DNA of 64,000 bases from a virus (lineage: Duplodnaviria; Caudoviricetes). Shown here one piece after another: positions 10,839 to 21,509 of this stretch. Numbering within the stretch: position 1 is the first letter of the stretch; the number at the start of each line of letters is the position of its first letter. Both the position numbers and the translations under genes were made by a program. The notes under the pieces are model-generated. The model saw nothing but the letters and a program-made list of their open reading frames with translations. It was not told the origin of the DNA and ran no database searches. Location of the stretch: positions 601 to 64,600 of IMG/VR virus record IMGVR_UViG_3300031853_000038. One strand, 5' to 3'.

Positions 10839-11841
10839 CGTATACTCCTATATTTCTATAGGTACTGACTATCTCTTAACAAATTAACCAATTTGCCACA
10901 CCTGTTTCGTTTTACGTATCAATAGTAAAACTACTCCCCTCTACGGGGATAGTCGATACATCGCTTATCGTAATATCTTTATATCGTCTACCATTATAAA
11001 TATCATTTATTGTTGTTCTTGAAATTTTTTCATCTAATAAATGGTATACATCCGCACAACTTTTTCCTGAAGCAAATTGTTGCTTCATAAATATTACAAG
11101 TTCTCTAGTAATTTTTTGTCTTGGATGGGGATTATACTTAAAAACTTCTGGCATAATAGATTTCCAAGTTGTACCATGCCACATTTTTTGAAAAGTGCTA
11201 TAAAGAATTCCTTTATCTTTAAAATATTTTTCATAAATATCTCTACTTCTTTTTCCCTCTGAATACCAAATTCTACATTGCTTTACTTCTTCGTTGGTCA
11301 TTTTTGCACAAGGATGATTTTCTGCTCTAGGGGTGTTTCGTCCATCAGATAAATCACCACCTTTTGTAGCATTATATCCTTTATTATAGCTATCATAATA
11401 ACTTATCCAATATATTTCTTTTTCTTTAAGTTCATTTTCACTACATTCTTCGATTATTTTAAAAGAAAAATTTTCTCTACCATATTTTTTCATAGCCATA
11501 TACAATGGTTTTCTAATTTCGTCTGGCTTTGTAGTATGATAACATTTACTATAATGATCTGACCATCTTTTTAAGCAATCTTTAGAAAGTCCTATATATT
11601 TTTTCCCATTTATTAAATTTTCTATACAATAAATACCGCAAATTTTATCCATTATAATCACTCCTTATCTAAAAAGTATTTTATTGTGATTATAAGTGGA
11701 ATTATTGACAATATAATATAATATTTTGATACATGACACGGGATTACCTTTGACTTTACTCAGTAAGGCTTCCCCGTTAGCTAATTATAAATTAACCCGA
11801 CTGATAGGTCGATAAGGTGTGTAAAGGCACAACTTACGTCT
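10839..11841 (-). mobile_element. Group I intron in dnaB (1003 nt) with internal GIY-YIG ORF
   Basis: 5' exon ends in U (AGAGGT), intron ends in G; IGS TTGTGCCTTT pairs with AGAGGT|GCAA with U.G at the splice site; P4-like GCTAACGGGGAA...GGTAATCCCGTG; R GTATCGACTATC; S AAGAGATAGTCA. Confidence 0.9.
10912..11661 (-). CDS. Intron-encoded GIY-YIG homing endonuclease
   Basis: CGIYCIENLINGKKYIG; the 3' end of the ORF overlaps the intron R/P8 core sequence. Confidence 0.9.
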   Translation of the reverse strand: MIIMDKICGIYCIENLINGKKYIGLSKDCLKRWSDHYSKCYHTTKPDEIRKPLYMAMKKYGRENFSFKIIEECSENELKEKEIYWISYYDSYNKGYNATKGGDLSDGRNTPRAENHPCAKMTNEEVKQCRIWYSEGKRSRDIYEKYFKDKGILYSTFQKMWHGTTWKSIMPEVFKYNPHPRQKITRELVIFMKQQFASGKSCADVYHLLDEKISRTTINDIYNGRRYKDITISDVSTIPVEGSSFTIDT

Positions 11842-13065
11842 ACCTCTTATAACAGCTTCATTCTTTATTCCTTTTCCTTCTTCAACTTTTGCATTAGTTT
11901 GTGTAGAGGACATTACAAATATATCTAATTCAACTGCTAATTCTTTTAGTGCAGACGACATCATGGCAAGTGCCACATCTTCACGGACTTTTAAATCTCT
12001 AAATTCAGCTAATAAACTAGGACTTGAAAAAATATAATCGTAAAACACATTTTGGATATCATAGTTTAACCAATTTTCTCTTACAACTGCTTTTAATTGT
12101 GTAATACTTGGATCTGGCATTTCTTTTACAATAAAGTTTTCCGAATATTTTTCCATTATTAGAATAGCTTTTTCAACTCTTTTTTCTTCTTCTTCTGTAT
12201 AATAACCATAAAGAATAGTTTCTTCATTTAAATCAGTAAGATAAGCTAATATTAAGGTCTGAATTTCTTCAAGTTTTTGCTCGGTGGCAATAAATAAAGT
12301 TTTTTCAGTAGCTCCAGTTAATTCCCACATACGTTTTAAACTATTATATCTAATTGGATAAGCCAACATACAAGCATCTCCAACAGCAGCTCTTGTCTTA
12401 CCTACGCCACTAGCCATAGTACGAATATAAAACTTTCCTTTTCTAGCGCCGCGACAAATTGTGTTGAAATCTTGTCCTTGTAGTCTAGAACCTACCTCTG
12501 GGTGAACTTTCATATTCTTAATTAACTTCCTAATACCAGAACTAGCTTCTATGCTTGGACGACTCGAACCTGATTGATATTTACTTTCTACGCCCATTAT
12601 CTTACGTTTATAAAACATAAAAATTTCTTCAACCTGCATATTTTCAAAATTATCATTTATTTCAGCAGCTTTTGGGTTAGCTAAATCTTCACAGTATAAT
12701 TGAGATGTATCAAAACCCATTCTTTTAATATCTTTAATAATATTAAATTTTTTTAAACGCTGATAGTAAAAAGGAAAATTATCAGGTTGTACAATATCCA
12801 AAGCATCTTGTAATATTTCAATGCCGTTACTTCTTTCAAATAAATCTTTTGCTTCTGAGTGAGCATCAAAGTAATTATCAATATCGACAATATTTATGGA
12901 CTGCGCGCCATTTCGTTGAAGATTATAAATTGCAGCAAAAATATATTTTTCCAATAGAGAAGAGAAATCGTCAGTTGAAAGATTATACTTTTCTGAATCC
13001 ATAAGATAGCTGGGATTAAGCATTAATCCACACAGTACTTGATAAATTGTATTTTTATCTACCAT
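11842..13065 (-). CDS. dnaB: Replicative DnaB-like helicase, exon 1
   Basis: Walker A MASGVGKT, ATEQ, FYDYI, SSTQTN; spliced product 546 aa. Confidence 0.9.
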
Positions 13066-13635
13066 TTACTCATCTCCACTTAACAGACTTAAATCAATAA
13101 AGTTCTTTCTTTTTTCTTCTTTTATTTTAGTTACAGTTACGACTTTCTTTTCTTCTTCTTGTTGTTTTGTTGCTTGTTCAAGCAATTTCTTTTTCTTTAA
13201 TATTATATTCCTATAATATCTTTGGGCTTCATCGTATATATAAGGTACTATACCCATACCACCGTTTGCGCGCTCTATGGAATTATTTTTTTCTCCGAAC
13301 CAATACTTTAATGCCATTAAAATTCCACTATCAGTATATCCATATTTATTTATATAATCATTACGCTGTCTGCCCCAGAACGCATAATTTGGCGGCATAC
13401 CTATCGCTGTTAAGTAATTAAATATAGCTTTTCTGCCCATTTCTTCTGCTGTTTTTTTCTCTTTTTCTTTTCTTGCTTTTTCTAAACACTCTGGATGCCA
13501 ATATCTTACGTGGTTATTTTTTCCTTCAACTTTGTTTTCCTGTGTTTTTTCTACAGCTTTTTTACAACCGGGACATACGCCCATTTGAATTTTCTTTTCC
13601 ATACATTTCACCTTTCTCTTATAATTATAACACAT
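13066..13635 (-). CDS. Hypothetical protein with N-terminal Zn ribbon; possible helicase loader
   Basis: CPGC...WHPEC; directly upstream of dnaB with its own promoter. Confidence 0.5.
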   Translation of the reverse strand: MCYNYKRKVKCMEKKIQMGVCPGCKKAVEKTQENKVEGKNNHVRYWHPECLEKARKEKEKKTAEEMGRKAIFNYLTAIGMPPNYAFWGRQRNDYINKYGYTDSGILMALKYWFGEKNNSIERANGGMGIVPYIYDEAQRYYRNIILKKKKLLEQATKQQEEEKKVVTVTKIKEEKRKNFIDLSLLSGDE

Positions 13636-13655
13636 TTTTAAGAAAAAGTCAAATT

Positions 13656-13682
13656 AAAAAGAGGTAGTTAAACTACCTCTTC
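13656..13682 (-). terminator. Rho-independent terminator
   Basis: AGAGGTAG-tttaa-CTACCTCT followed by a T run on the - strand. Confidence 0.7.
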
Positions 13683-13695
13683 CTCATATCTTTAT

Positions 13696-14661
13696 TTAGA
13701 GTTCTTTCATTTCAGCGAGAACAATTTCAAACAGGTCTTTTTGATTTTCTGTAATTTCAGATAGTTTAATTGGACGACCAAAATTATCTAAAATAATTTT
13801 ATTTAATTTATTTATATTGTTCTTATCCATTTCTAAAAGATGTGTCCAAATTGCACGAGCTTCTTCTCTAATTTCTTCAAAACTTCTTTCTCTGTTTTTT
13901 TCTTCAGTTTCTTCATGATCAACAAGTGTGCTGCCATTTTCATTAGCTTCTTTTTCAACTGCCTCAGCAATTGCATCAGTTAATTCTTTATATCCGAAAG
14001 GAATTACTGGTTTTAAATATTTGAAACGACTGCCAGCCATAATCTGAGGTGTTTTACGAGTGTACAAAACTCTTTTTGCACTTCCTTCTTTATCCCAAAT
14101 AATATCAATATATCCAATAATATCAACTAATTGGTTAATTACTTTATATCCACGTTTTGGAAGGTCTGGAGACACAATTTCAATTTCACTACCTTCTGGT
14201 GTTTTTTCCACTCTGGGAACTGAGTGAGCTATTAAAACTATACCGTACCCCATTTGAGTAATTTGTCTTAAACAATCTTGAAATTCTTTTTCTACCAAAC
14301 CATAACCAGCACCATATGGTAAATCTCCAATTTTATTAATATTTTGTTGTGTACATATGAAATCTTCACACATTGTATAAGCAATAGTTGCTGTATCAAT
14401 AGTTATTGTAGAATACATTTCTTTAGCTTCTGGTTGTCGTAATTGACGAATAACTTGTTTAAAAGTTGCCCATTTATCAATATCTACTGCCTTAATTCCG
14501 CCTAAAGCATTAAAACCGTGCTCAAAGCCAAGTAATAAATTTTTTGGCATCTGTACTGAAAAAGATGTCTTTCCGGCTTTAGGCGCGCCGTAAATTAAAA
14601 TGTACTTGCCTTGTAGATCTCTACTTACTTTTGTTGGCTCGATATTTAAAATATCTATCAT
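13696..14661 (-). CDS. AAA ATPase, Sak4-like single-strand annealing/recombination protein
   Basis: YGAPKAGKT Walker A, TIDT Walker B, LIAH; upstream of an SSB-like gene. Confidence 0.75.
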   Translation of the reverse strand: MIDILNIEPTKVSRDLQGKYILIYGAPKAGKTSFSVQMPKNLLLGFEHGFNALGGIKAVDIDKWATFKQVIRQLRQPEAKEMYSTITIDTATIAYTMCEDFICTQQNINKIGDLPYGAGYGLVEKEFQDCLRQITQMGYGIVLIAHSVPRVEKTPEGSEIEIVSPDLPKRGYKVINQLVDIIGYIDIIWDKEGSAKRVLYTRKTPQIMAGSRFKYLKPVIPFGYKELTDAIAEAVEKEANENGSTLVDHEETEEKNRERSFEEIREEARAIWTHLLEMDKNNINKLNKIILDNFGRPIKLSEITENQKDLFEIVLAEMKEL

Positions 14662-14699
14662 TTATACCCCTCCTTTCTATTTAATAGATGAACTTAGGA

Positions 14700-15596
14700 T
14701 TAAAATCCTAAGTCATCACTATTAATAGAGTTTGAAGGTGCAGGAGCTTTCTTTTCGTTAGTCTTATTTTTCATAGCTTCCAGACTAGCCATTCTATTAG
14801 CCAAACCTGCTTTAATGTCTTGTGCATCATATGCACCTTCGCCTTCAACTGGTTCACTACCACCAGTTACAATTAATTCACTTGTACTTACAGTTCTCTC
14901 ATTTACAACGGGATCACCGAAAGCACTTTCCTTAACTTCTCTAATTACCTTATAACTGAAGTTTAACTTACCATTAATTCTAACTGTGTTTCCAGATTCC
15001 CAATTAGAAGAAATATAATTGATAGCCTTTTTATTTTCTACAATAAATGGAACTACATCTAATTTATCACCATACTGAATGATTGCAGTCTGGAGTAAAT
15101 AACGACCTGTTTCATTCTGATCTTTATCCTGCTCATAATCTTGCTTCAATACCACGGCTGTGCAAGTAAACTCTGCCTTTGGATTAAATTCCTCAGACTC
15201 TTTCACTCTTGTTACAAAAGAAGCATTAATACGAGGAAAAGATACCAAATTACCATTTCTACCATAATATTCGTTCATACGAATTTCTCCTTTGGTAATT
15301 CTTACCTTATCTGCATGTGCTTCATCTGATGCACCAATGGAGATATAATTATCCTTAATATTCTTAATATTTTCATATGCCGGATTGATTGAACCCTTTC
15401 TTGTTAGCTTTGTAGCAAACATATATACGGGAACATCAGAAACTACATCTCTTTCACCAATCTTCTGCTCTACACGAATAGTGATTGAACCGCCGATTGC
15501 CTCACACTGTTTTCCGTCTTTTAAAAACTTTTTCTCTTCTAAGTCAGTTTCAGCCAGAATACCTTCAATTTTTACTATATTTTCACTTTGTACCAT
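14700..15596 (-). CDS. Single-stranded DNA-binding-like protein
   Basis: Two OB-like beta-rich halves, acidic C-terminal tail ending DDLGF, replication module context. Confidence 0.6.
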   Translation of the reverse strand: MVQSENIVKIEGILAETDLEEKKFLKDGKQCEAIGGSITIRVEQKIGERDVVSDVPVYMFATKLTRKGSINPAYENIKNIKDNYISIGASDEAHADKVRITKGEIRMNEYYGRNGNLVSFPRINASFVTRVKESEEFNPKAEFTCTAVVLKQDYEQDKDQNETGRYLLQTAIIQYGDKLDVVPFIVENKKAINYISSNWESGNTVRINGKLNFSYKVIREVKESAFGDPVVNERTVSTSELIVTGGSEPVEGEGAYDAQDIKAGLANRMASLEAMKNKTNEKKAPAPSNSINSDDLGF

Positions 15597-15672
15597 AATT
15601 TTTTCCTCTCTTTTTTTAGTTTAATTTAGTTTAATTTATTCTTTAATCTTAATTTATTAAAGGTATCTTAAA

Positions 15673-15696
15673 GTGGAATAGACTTCTCTATTCCAC
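15673..15696 (-). terminator. Stem-loop terminator
   Basis: GTGGAATAGA-gaag-TCTATTCCAC followed by TTT. Confidence 0.6.
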
Positions 15697-15710
15697 TACC
15701 TTTAGAACAA

Positions 15711-15950
15711 TTAGTCCTCAGATGGAGTAAAAGTCTGACCAGCCTCAGTTAGGACAACATAAGTTACTTCCTTATCCTCGACCTTTTCCTTAACACGCTC
15801 TGCTAAGCCCTTCTTCTTTAGGTCAGTTACATTAGCGCCTACACTTCTTGCTCCACGACCAGTAACGTTAGTTAGCTCCTCAATAGAAACCTTACCACCG
15901 TTATTTCTCACATACTCGAATACTTCATTTGACATTTTTGTTAGTTTCAT
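15711..15950 (-). CDS. Small winged-helix DNA-binding protein
   Basis: 79 aa, HTH pattern (SIEELTNVTGRGARSVGANVTDLKKKGL) plus beta wing. Confidence 0.6.
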   Translation of the reverse strand: MKLTKMSNEVFEYVRNNGGKVSIEELTNVTGRGARSVGANVTDLKKKGLAERVKEKVEDKEVTYVVLTEAGQTFTPSED

Positions 15951-16085
15951 TTTACATTACCTCACATAATAAAATTTTATTTATATACAGCCTTAATCGA
16001 CTTTTGAAAGTTTCCTTAACTTTCTATATATATTATAAACAAAATTTAAAGTTTTTTCAAATTTTAACTAATGCTTTATTTTGTC

Positions 16086-18509
16086 TTATTCTTTCGACAG
16101 AGCTACTACAGTATCTTTTTCTTTTAACTTAATAGATTTTACTCCAAGAGTATTCTTACTTAATAAAGGAATAGAATTTACTGAAACTTTAAGCTGCGCG
16201 CCAGAAGAAATAATGACTATATTTTGCTCGTCTTTTATTGGATAGAAGTCAGCTATGTATTCTGTATTTTCTTTTAATTTTTGAATACGTTGACCTTTAG
16301 TATATCTATTAGTGACTCCAAATTCAGAAAACATTGTTCTTTTAAGGTATCCCTTATTAGTAATAGAAACAATTTCTTTTGTATCTTTAGGAACGGTATG
16401 TACTCCAGCGACAACATCTCCATCGTCTAATTTAATTCCTTTTACACCTTTTGCGACTCTACTAATAGCTCTAATATCTTTAGTAGGACAAATTAATAAA
16501 CGACCTTTCTCTGTAACCATACCTATGTTTTCATCATTGGTAAATATAACGTCAAGAAGTTCATCATCTTTATTTAATTCAAGAGCTTTTACTCCTCCAC
16601 TACGTTTTATATTATATTCTGCAAACTTTGTCTTTTTTAACATACCTTGCTTTGTAACAAAAATAATATTTTCTTTGACATCTTTCTTGTTAAAATTTAC
16701 AAGTTCAAAGACTGACTCATTAGGATTTAAACTTAATAGAGCTTCTAATGGAGTTTTTACCTCAATGGGAACATTAATTCCAGCTAAATGATAACAATTA
16801 CAAGAGTTTCCTTTAGTAAAGAAAAGAATTGTATCATTATTATTTGCAGTAATATTTGAGATTACATATTCGTCTTTATCTAATTTAAACTTTGTTCCAA
16901 CGCTATTGCGGCGTTGTACGTATAAAGTTGAAACTTCTGTTGCATAAAGATTATTTTTATTTGTTAAACTAATAGAAAGAGTTTTAACTTCTTTTGGTTC
17001 TTCTTCGTCGTCACCCTCTATATTCATTATTTGAGTGCGGCGAGCGTCGCCAAATTTTTTAGAAATATCTTCCCAGCCTTTTATTATTTCATCATTTAAA
17101 AGTTTCTCATCATTTAAGATATCCGTAATTTTATTTTTATCTATATTAAGTTTATCGAGTTCTGAAACTAATTTTGTTATATCAATTTTAGATAAACGAG
17201 AAAGTTTCAAATCTAGTATGGCTTTTGCTTGTACTTTATCAATATTTAATAATTTTTGAAGTTCTATATTGGCTTCAGAAGAAGAATTAGAAGTTTTAAT
17301 AGTTGTAATTACTTCGTCAATTACATCATAAGCTTTTAATAATCCATTTATAATATGTATGCGATTCTCAATTTTTTCTAAATCATACTTAAAACTTTTA
17401 ATATATACTTTTTTTTCATAATTGATTCTACACTGAAGTAGTTCTTTCCATCCAAAAGTTTTAGGCTTTTCTCCATTATCAAGTAAATTCATATTGATAG
17501 GAAAAAAATATTGTAAAGATGTATTTTTATATAAATATTTTAATGCCGTATCCACACTAGTTTTTCTATCTAAATAAATCCATAGATCCACTTTTCTCTT
17601 TGTATAATCTACATAGTTTTTAATTTTACAATTTTCGTCATTAGCAATCAAATTAGCTAATTCATTACAAATAGTATTTGTATATACAGAATAAGGAAGC
17701 TCTTTAACTTTTAAACATCTTTCTTTATCGTCAAACTCAATAACTGAACGTAATTTACAACTAAAACCATATCCTTTTTTTAGAGATTGTCTTACTTCAT
17801 CTTCATTTAATAATATGGCGCCAGTACAAAAATCTGGCATAATAATTAAATCATCTTCATTTATAGATGGATTTAATAAAAGTTTCTTTAAACTTTCATT
17901 CAATTCTACAATATTAAATTGAGGAATGCTTACTGTCATACCAGAAGAAATAGCCATTGCGCCATTTGCCAAATTATAAAAACCTTTAGATGGTAAAACT
18001 TTTGGGAATTGTCCTTCCAAATCATAAGTATCTTCCCAATCATCAACAGTATTTTTTTCTATATCTTTTAATAAAAATTCTGCTATTTCTGAACCTCTTA
18101 GCTCTGCATAACGAGAAGCAGCGTGATCCTTCGGGTTCATTTGTGTTCCATAATTACCTCTACAATCTTGCAGCGTATATCTGTAGGCAAATGGCTTTGC
18201 CATTCTAATTAAAGTACCATAAGCAGAAGTATCTCCATGCGTGTAGCTGTATCCAGTTGCAGCAGCGACAGATTTTGCAGCTTTTTTAAAAGGCTTTTCG
18301 TGTATAAGTTTATTTATCCATTGTGCATGAAGTATTTGTCTAGCGCCCCATTTTAATCCATCTCTAGCGTCTGGGACTCCCCTTCTTTGTATATTATATC
18401 CAGCATACTCTAAAAAAGCATCTGATAGAGTAGCTGCCATGTCTTTTAATATTAATTCCTGTTCGGTTAATTGCTCATTTTTATTTTTAATTTCATTCAT
18501 ACTATTCAC
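16086..18509 (-). CDS. gyrA: Type IIA topoisomerase subunit A (GyrA-like, with C-terminal beta-pinwheel)
   Basis: PDARDGLK, HGDTS, AASRY catalytic Tyr, QRRNSVG GyrA-box-like motif, repeated GVKxIKL blades. Confidence 0.95.
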   Translation of the reverse strand: MNSMNEIKNKNEQLTEQELILKDMAATLSDAFLEYAGYNIQRRGVPDARDGLKWGARQILHAQWINKLIHEKPFKKAAKSVAAATGYSYTHGDTSAYGTLIRMAKPFAYRYTLQDCRGNYGTQMNPKDHAASRYAELRGSEIAEFLLKDIEKNTVDDWEDTYDLEGQFPKVLPSKGFYNLANGAMAISSGMTVSIPQFNIVELNESLKKLLLNPSINEDDLIIMPDFCTGAILLNEDEVRQSLKKGYGFSCKLRSVIEFDDKERCLKVKELPYSVYTNTICNELANLIANDENCKIKNYVDYTKRKVDLWIYLDRKTSVDTALKYLYKNTSLQYFFPINMNLLDNGEKPKTFGWKELLQCRINYEKKVYIKSFKYDLEKIENRIHIINGLLKAYDVIDEVITTIKTSNSSSEANIELQKLLNIDKVQAKAILDLKLSRLSKIDITKLVSELDKLNIDKNKITDILNDEKLLNDEIIKGWEDISKKFGDARRTQIMNIEGDDEEEPKEVKTLSISLTNKNNLYATEVSTLYVQRRNSVGTKFKLDKDEYVISNITANNNDTILFFTKGNSCNCYHLAGINVPIEVKTPLEALLSLNPNESVFELVNFNKKDVKENIIFVTKQGMLKKTKFAEYNIKRSGGVKALELNKDDELLDVIFTNDENIGMVTEKGRLLICPTKDIRAISRVAKGVKGIKLDDGDVVAGVHTVPKDTKEIVSITNKGYLKRTMFSEFGVTNRYTKGQRIQKLKENTEYIADFYPIKDEQNIVIISSGAQLKVSVNSIPLLSKNTLGVKSIKLKEKDTVVALSKE

Positions 18510-19119
18510 CTATCATTGAAAAATCTACATTTTTCATAATGTACTCTCGTCTATCATCTACTTCTTGCCCCATTAACATATTGATTAAATCATCAAAATC
18601 TTTTTTATCTTTTATTTTAAGTTGCCACCAACGTTTTTGTGAACCAAAGACAGCCTCTTCAGTTTCTTCTGGGGAGTTTTCACCGATACCTTTCTTTCTT
18701 CCTATTGTTTTTGGTGCTCCATATTTTTTTATTATAGAATTTTTTTCTTCTTCTGAAAACGCATATTTTATTTGATTTTTATATTGTAAAACAAATAATG
18801 GCATTTTAATCCATAAAAGACGTCCTTCTTCAAGAAATTTTGGACATAAGTGATAAAATAATGTCATTATTAAGGTTCCGATGTTTGCTCCATCAACGTC
18901 GGCGTCTGATGCTATTCCAACGTATTGGTATCTTAGTTTTTTAGAATTATATTTTTCAAAAAAGCCACAACCAAGTGCACTAAAAATAGCTTTCACTTCT
19001 TCATTTTTTAATATTTTTTCGTCTGGATGCTTTAATGCGGAAATAATCTTTCCTCGAATTGGAATTAGAGCCACCTTATCAATAGGTCTAGCTTGTGCGA
19101 GTGCCCCAAGCGCTGAATC
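18502..19119 (-). CDS. gyrB: Type IIA topoisomerase subunit B, exon 2
   Basis: DSALGAL...PIRGKI...SDADVDG...KGIGE TOPRIM motifs. Confidence 0.9.
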   Translation of the reverse strand, partial: DSALGALAQARPIDKVALIPIRGKIISALKHPDEKILKNEEVKAIFSALGCGFFEKYNSKKLRYQYVGIASDADVDGANIGTLIMTLFYHLCPKFLEEGRLLWIKMPLFVLQYKNQIKYAFSEEEKNSIIKKYGAPKTIGRKKGIGENSPEETEEAVFGSQKRWWQLKIKDKKDFDDLINMLMGQEVDDRREYIMKNVDFSMIGE

Positions 19120-20252
19120 CATTTATATAAATATAAATTGACTATTTCTTCTATCTTAAAAAGATAGTCTATCGTTTCGGTTTTCAGTTACTTCGTTTCC
19201 TAAAATAACGCTATGTGTCAATAATAGCCCTACTCCCCAACAACGGGGATAGTCGATACAGGCTGATTTTATAATGAAATCCAATGAGCTGGCTGATTTG
19301 TACTTGGTACTATACCAGCTGATTTTGTGGTATTTTTGTTTTTATTAATTGCGTGTCGATCGCACTTTGCCCATTTAGAAGCTTCAGTTTCTGATGAAAA
19401 AACTAAACCAGTTTCAATATTTTTTATAGATTTTCCACCATTAGGCTTTTTGCTTTCTTGAAATAAACAATATTTTCTAACTACAGATTGAGAGCGATTT
19501 AAAAGTTGTCCTATTTTATTATATGATAACCCCTTCAATCTTAGTTCTCTCATTTTTTGTATTTCTTCTTCTGAACAAGCTCTTTGTTTATTATTTATTC
19601 CTAATGAAACATTTCCATCTGCATGACTTTTAGCTTGTGTACTATGCCAGCTCCTATTTTCATCCGTATATACTTCTGGAAGAACGTATCTCCAAGTTTC
19701 AAAATGCCATACTTTTTGAAGTCCTCTTTTACTAATAATATGCTGGTATTTTTTATAAACTTCTTTAAAGGGAATATGATTTCCATAAGCGAGCCTAATT
19801 TCTCTAACTTGATTTTCTGTTAATAAAGCCCTGCCGTTAGCTTCTCCAATATTACTTCCACCGCCAGGAGTGCTATTATATCCTTTTTCATAGGAATTAT
19901 AGCGGCGAATCCAATAGATTTCTCGTTCATCTAGTTTATCATATTCACACTTTTCTAATATTTCATAGTAAAAATTGCTTATTCCCAAATTATACATAGC
20001 TAAATGAATTTTTGTATTGTGATCTAAAGCATGAATATTTTTTGCGGAATTTTTGTGACTATACCATCGATTTTCACATTGTACACTTTGTCCGATATAA
20101 ACCAAATTATTAATTTTATTTTTAATTATATAAATACCACAAGTTTTCATTATAAAATCCTCCCACGAGATTTGACCCTCGTTAGCCGACAAGAAATGCC
20201 GACCCCAGTGACGAACTGGCAAAATAGATAAGGGCGATTCTTAATTTGTTTC
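19120..20252 (-). mobile_element. Group I intron in gyrB (1133 nt) with internal GIY-YIG ORF
   Basis: Splits CEG|DSA; 5' exon ends in U, intron ends in G; IGS GAATCGCCCTT pairs with GAGGGT|GATTC; R GTATCGACTATC, S AAGAAATAGTCA. Confidence 0.92.
19269..20150 (-). CDS. Intron-encoded GIY-YIG homing endonuclease (likely start ATG 20150)
   Basis: CGIYIIKNKINNLVYIGQS; RBS GGGAGG upstream of 20150; the longer TTG start in the track runs through intron core RNA. Confidence 0.85.
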   Translation of the reverse strand: MKTCGIYIIKNKINNLVYIGQSVQCENRWYSHKNSAKNIHALDHNTKIHLAMYNLGISNFYYEILEKCEYDKLDEREIYWIRRYNSYEKGYNSTPGGGSNIGEANGRALLTENQVREIRLAYGNHIPFKEVYKKYQHIISKRGLQKVWHFETWRYVLPEVYTDENRSWHSTQAKSHADGNVSLGINNKQRACSEEEIQKMRELRLKGLSYNKIGQLLNRSQSVVRKYCLFQESKKPNGGKSIKNIETGLVFSSETEASKWAKCDRHAINKNKNTTKSAGIVPSTNQPAHWISL

Positions 20253-21509
20253 ACCCTCGCAAACGGCTAAAACAGATCCGCTGTCAGAGCCATGAATTTG
20301 ACAGTCTTTTAATTTATCTGCCAAAATAACTGTTTTTTTCTTTTCATTATTTATTTCTTTTTCTGTATTTAAAATTTGCTGTCTCGCGCGCTCTGCGGCA
20401 GCTTCAGCTTTTTTCTCTTTAGTAAGAACTTCTACTATTTTATCAAACTCATTTTTATGTCTAGCTACAAAATCTTTTATTGCATTACTAAAAACAGTTT
20501 GAGTATAACCACGAAGTTCAGCATTTTGAATTTTATTTTTAGTTTGATTTTGATAGATTGGGTGAGGATGTCGTATATTTACAATATATACAAGTCCTTT
20601 TCTAATCATATCAGCATCGAAATCTCCTTTAGAAAGAGAATTAATTGTTCTAGTGAAGGCTGTTTTAGCTCCAGTTTCAGGAGTGCCGCCATCGCTATTT
20701 AATGCACCATTAGAAAAAATATAACGTGTTTCTTTTCCTCCAGTCCATTGAGCAAATACTTCAACTTCAACTTCATCATCAAATTCTTTATAACCATAAA
20801 TATATGATTTATGGAGAGGTTTTTTAATTTTATCTTTTGCAAAATCTTTTAATCCATTTTGGGAAATAAATTCTATTTTTTTACCTTTATATTCTAAAAT
20901 AAATTTAACTTTAGGTATAAAATAAGAAGTTAATTCTAGCTCATTTTTAATTTTATCATAATCAAAATTAGAAGTAGTTATATTAAAAATAGTTTTATCT
21001 GGAGTAAAAGAAAAAATAGAACCAGTTTCTTTGGTATTACGAATAAATTGTGCTTTTTCTGTCGTAGGAACTCCATCTTTAAATTCTAAACTATATTCTG
21101 CACCATCTCGTCTTGTCCATACCTTGAAAAAAGTAGAACAAACACAAACTGCAGATGTTCCAATACCGTGGCAGCCACGTACTTTCTTATAGTTTGTTGT
21201 ATCAAACTTTCCGCTACTGTGCGCGCTAGTAAATAATTCAATTAATACTTCATCTGTATCTTTATTGGGCCCGTGCGGTACGCCGGCGCCATTATCAATA
21301 CAAGTTATAGTATCACAATCATCAGATAACTGAATAGTGATTATATTACCTCGCCCCATCATTGCTTCATCACAAGCATTATTTAAAACTTCTAAAAAAC
21401 AATTAAATGCAGCGTCTTGCCCATCCGTTCCTATGTACATTCCTGGAGTTGAACGACAAGCTGAACGAAAATCTTTAATTTGAATTGAATCAGCATTATA
21501 ATTACTCAT
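20253..21509 (-). CDS. gyrB: Type IIA topoisomerase subunit B, exon 1 (GHKL ATPase)
   Basis: TPGMYIG, EVLNNACDE, DNGAGVP, HSSGKF, GCHGIG; spliced product 624 aa. Confidence 0.95.

Noticed and set aside
18502-19122. Separate gyrB C-terminal gene starting at ATG 19122
   Set aside because: The G of that ATG is the intron's terminal G; the IGS pairing supports splicing to exon 1.
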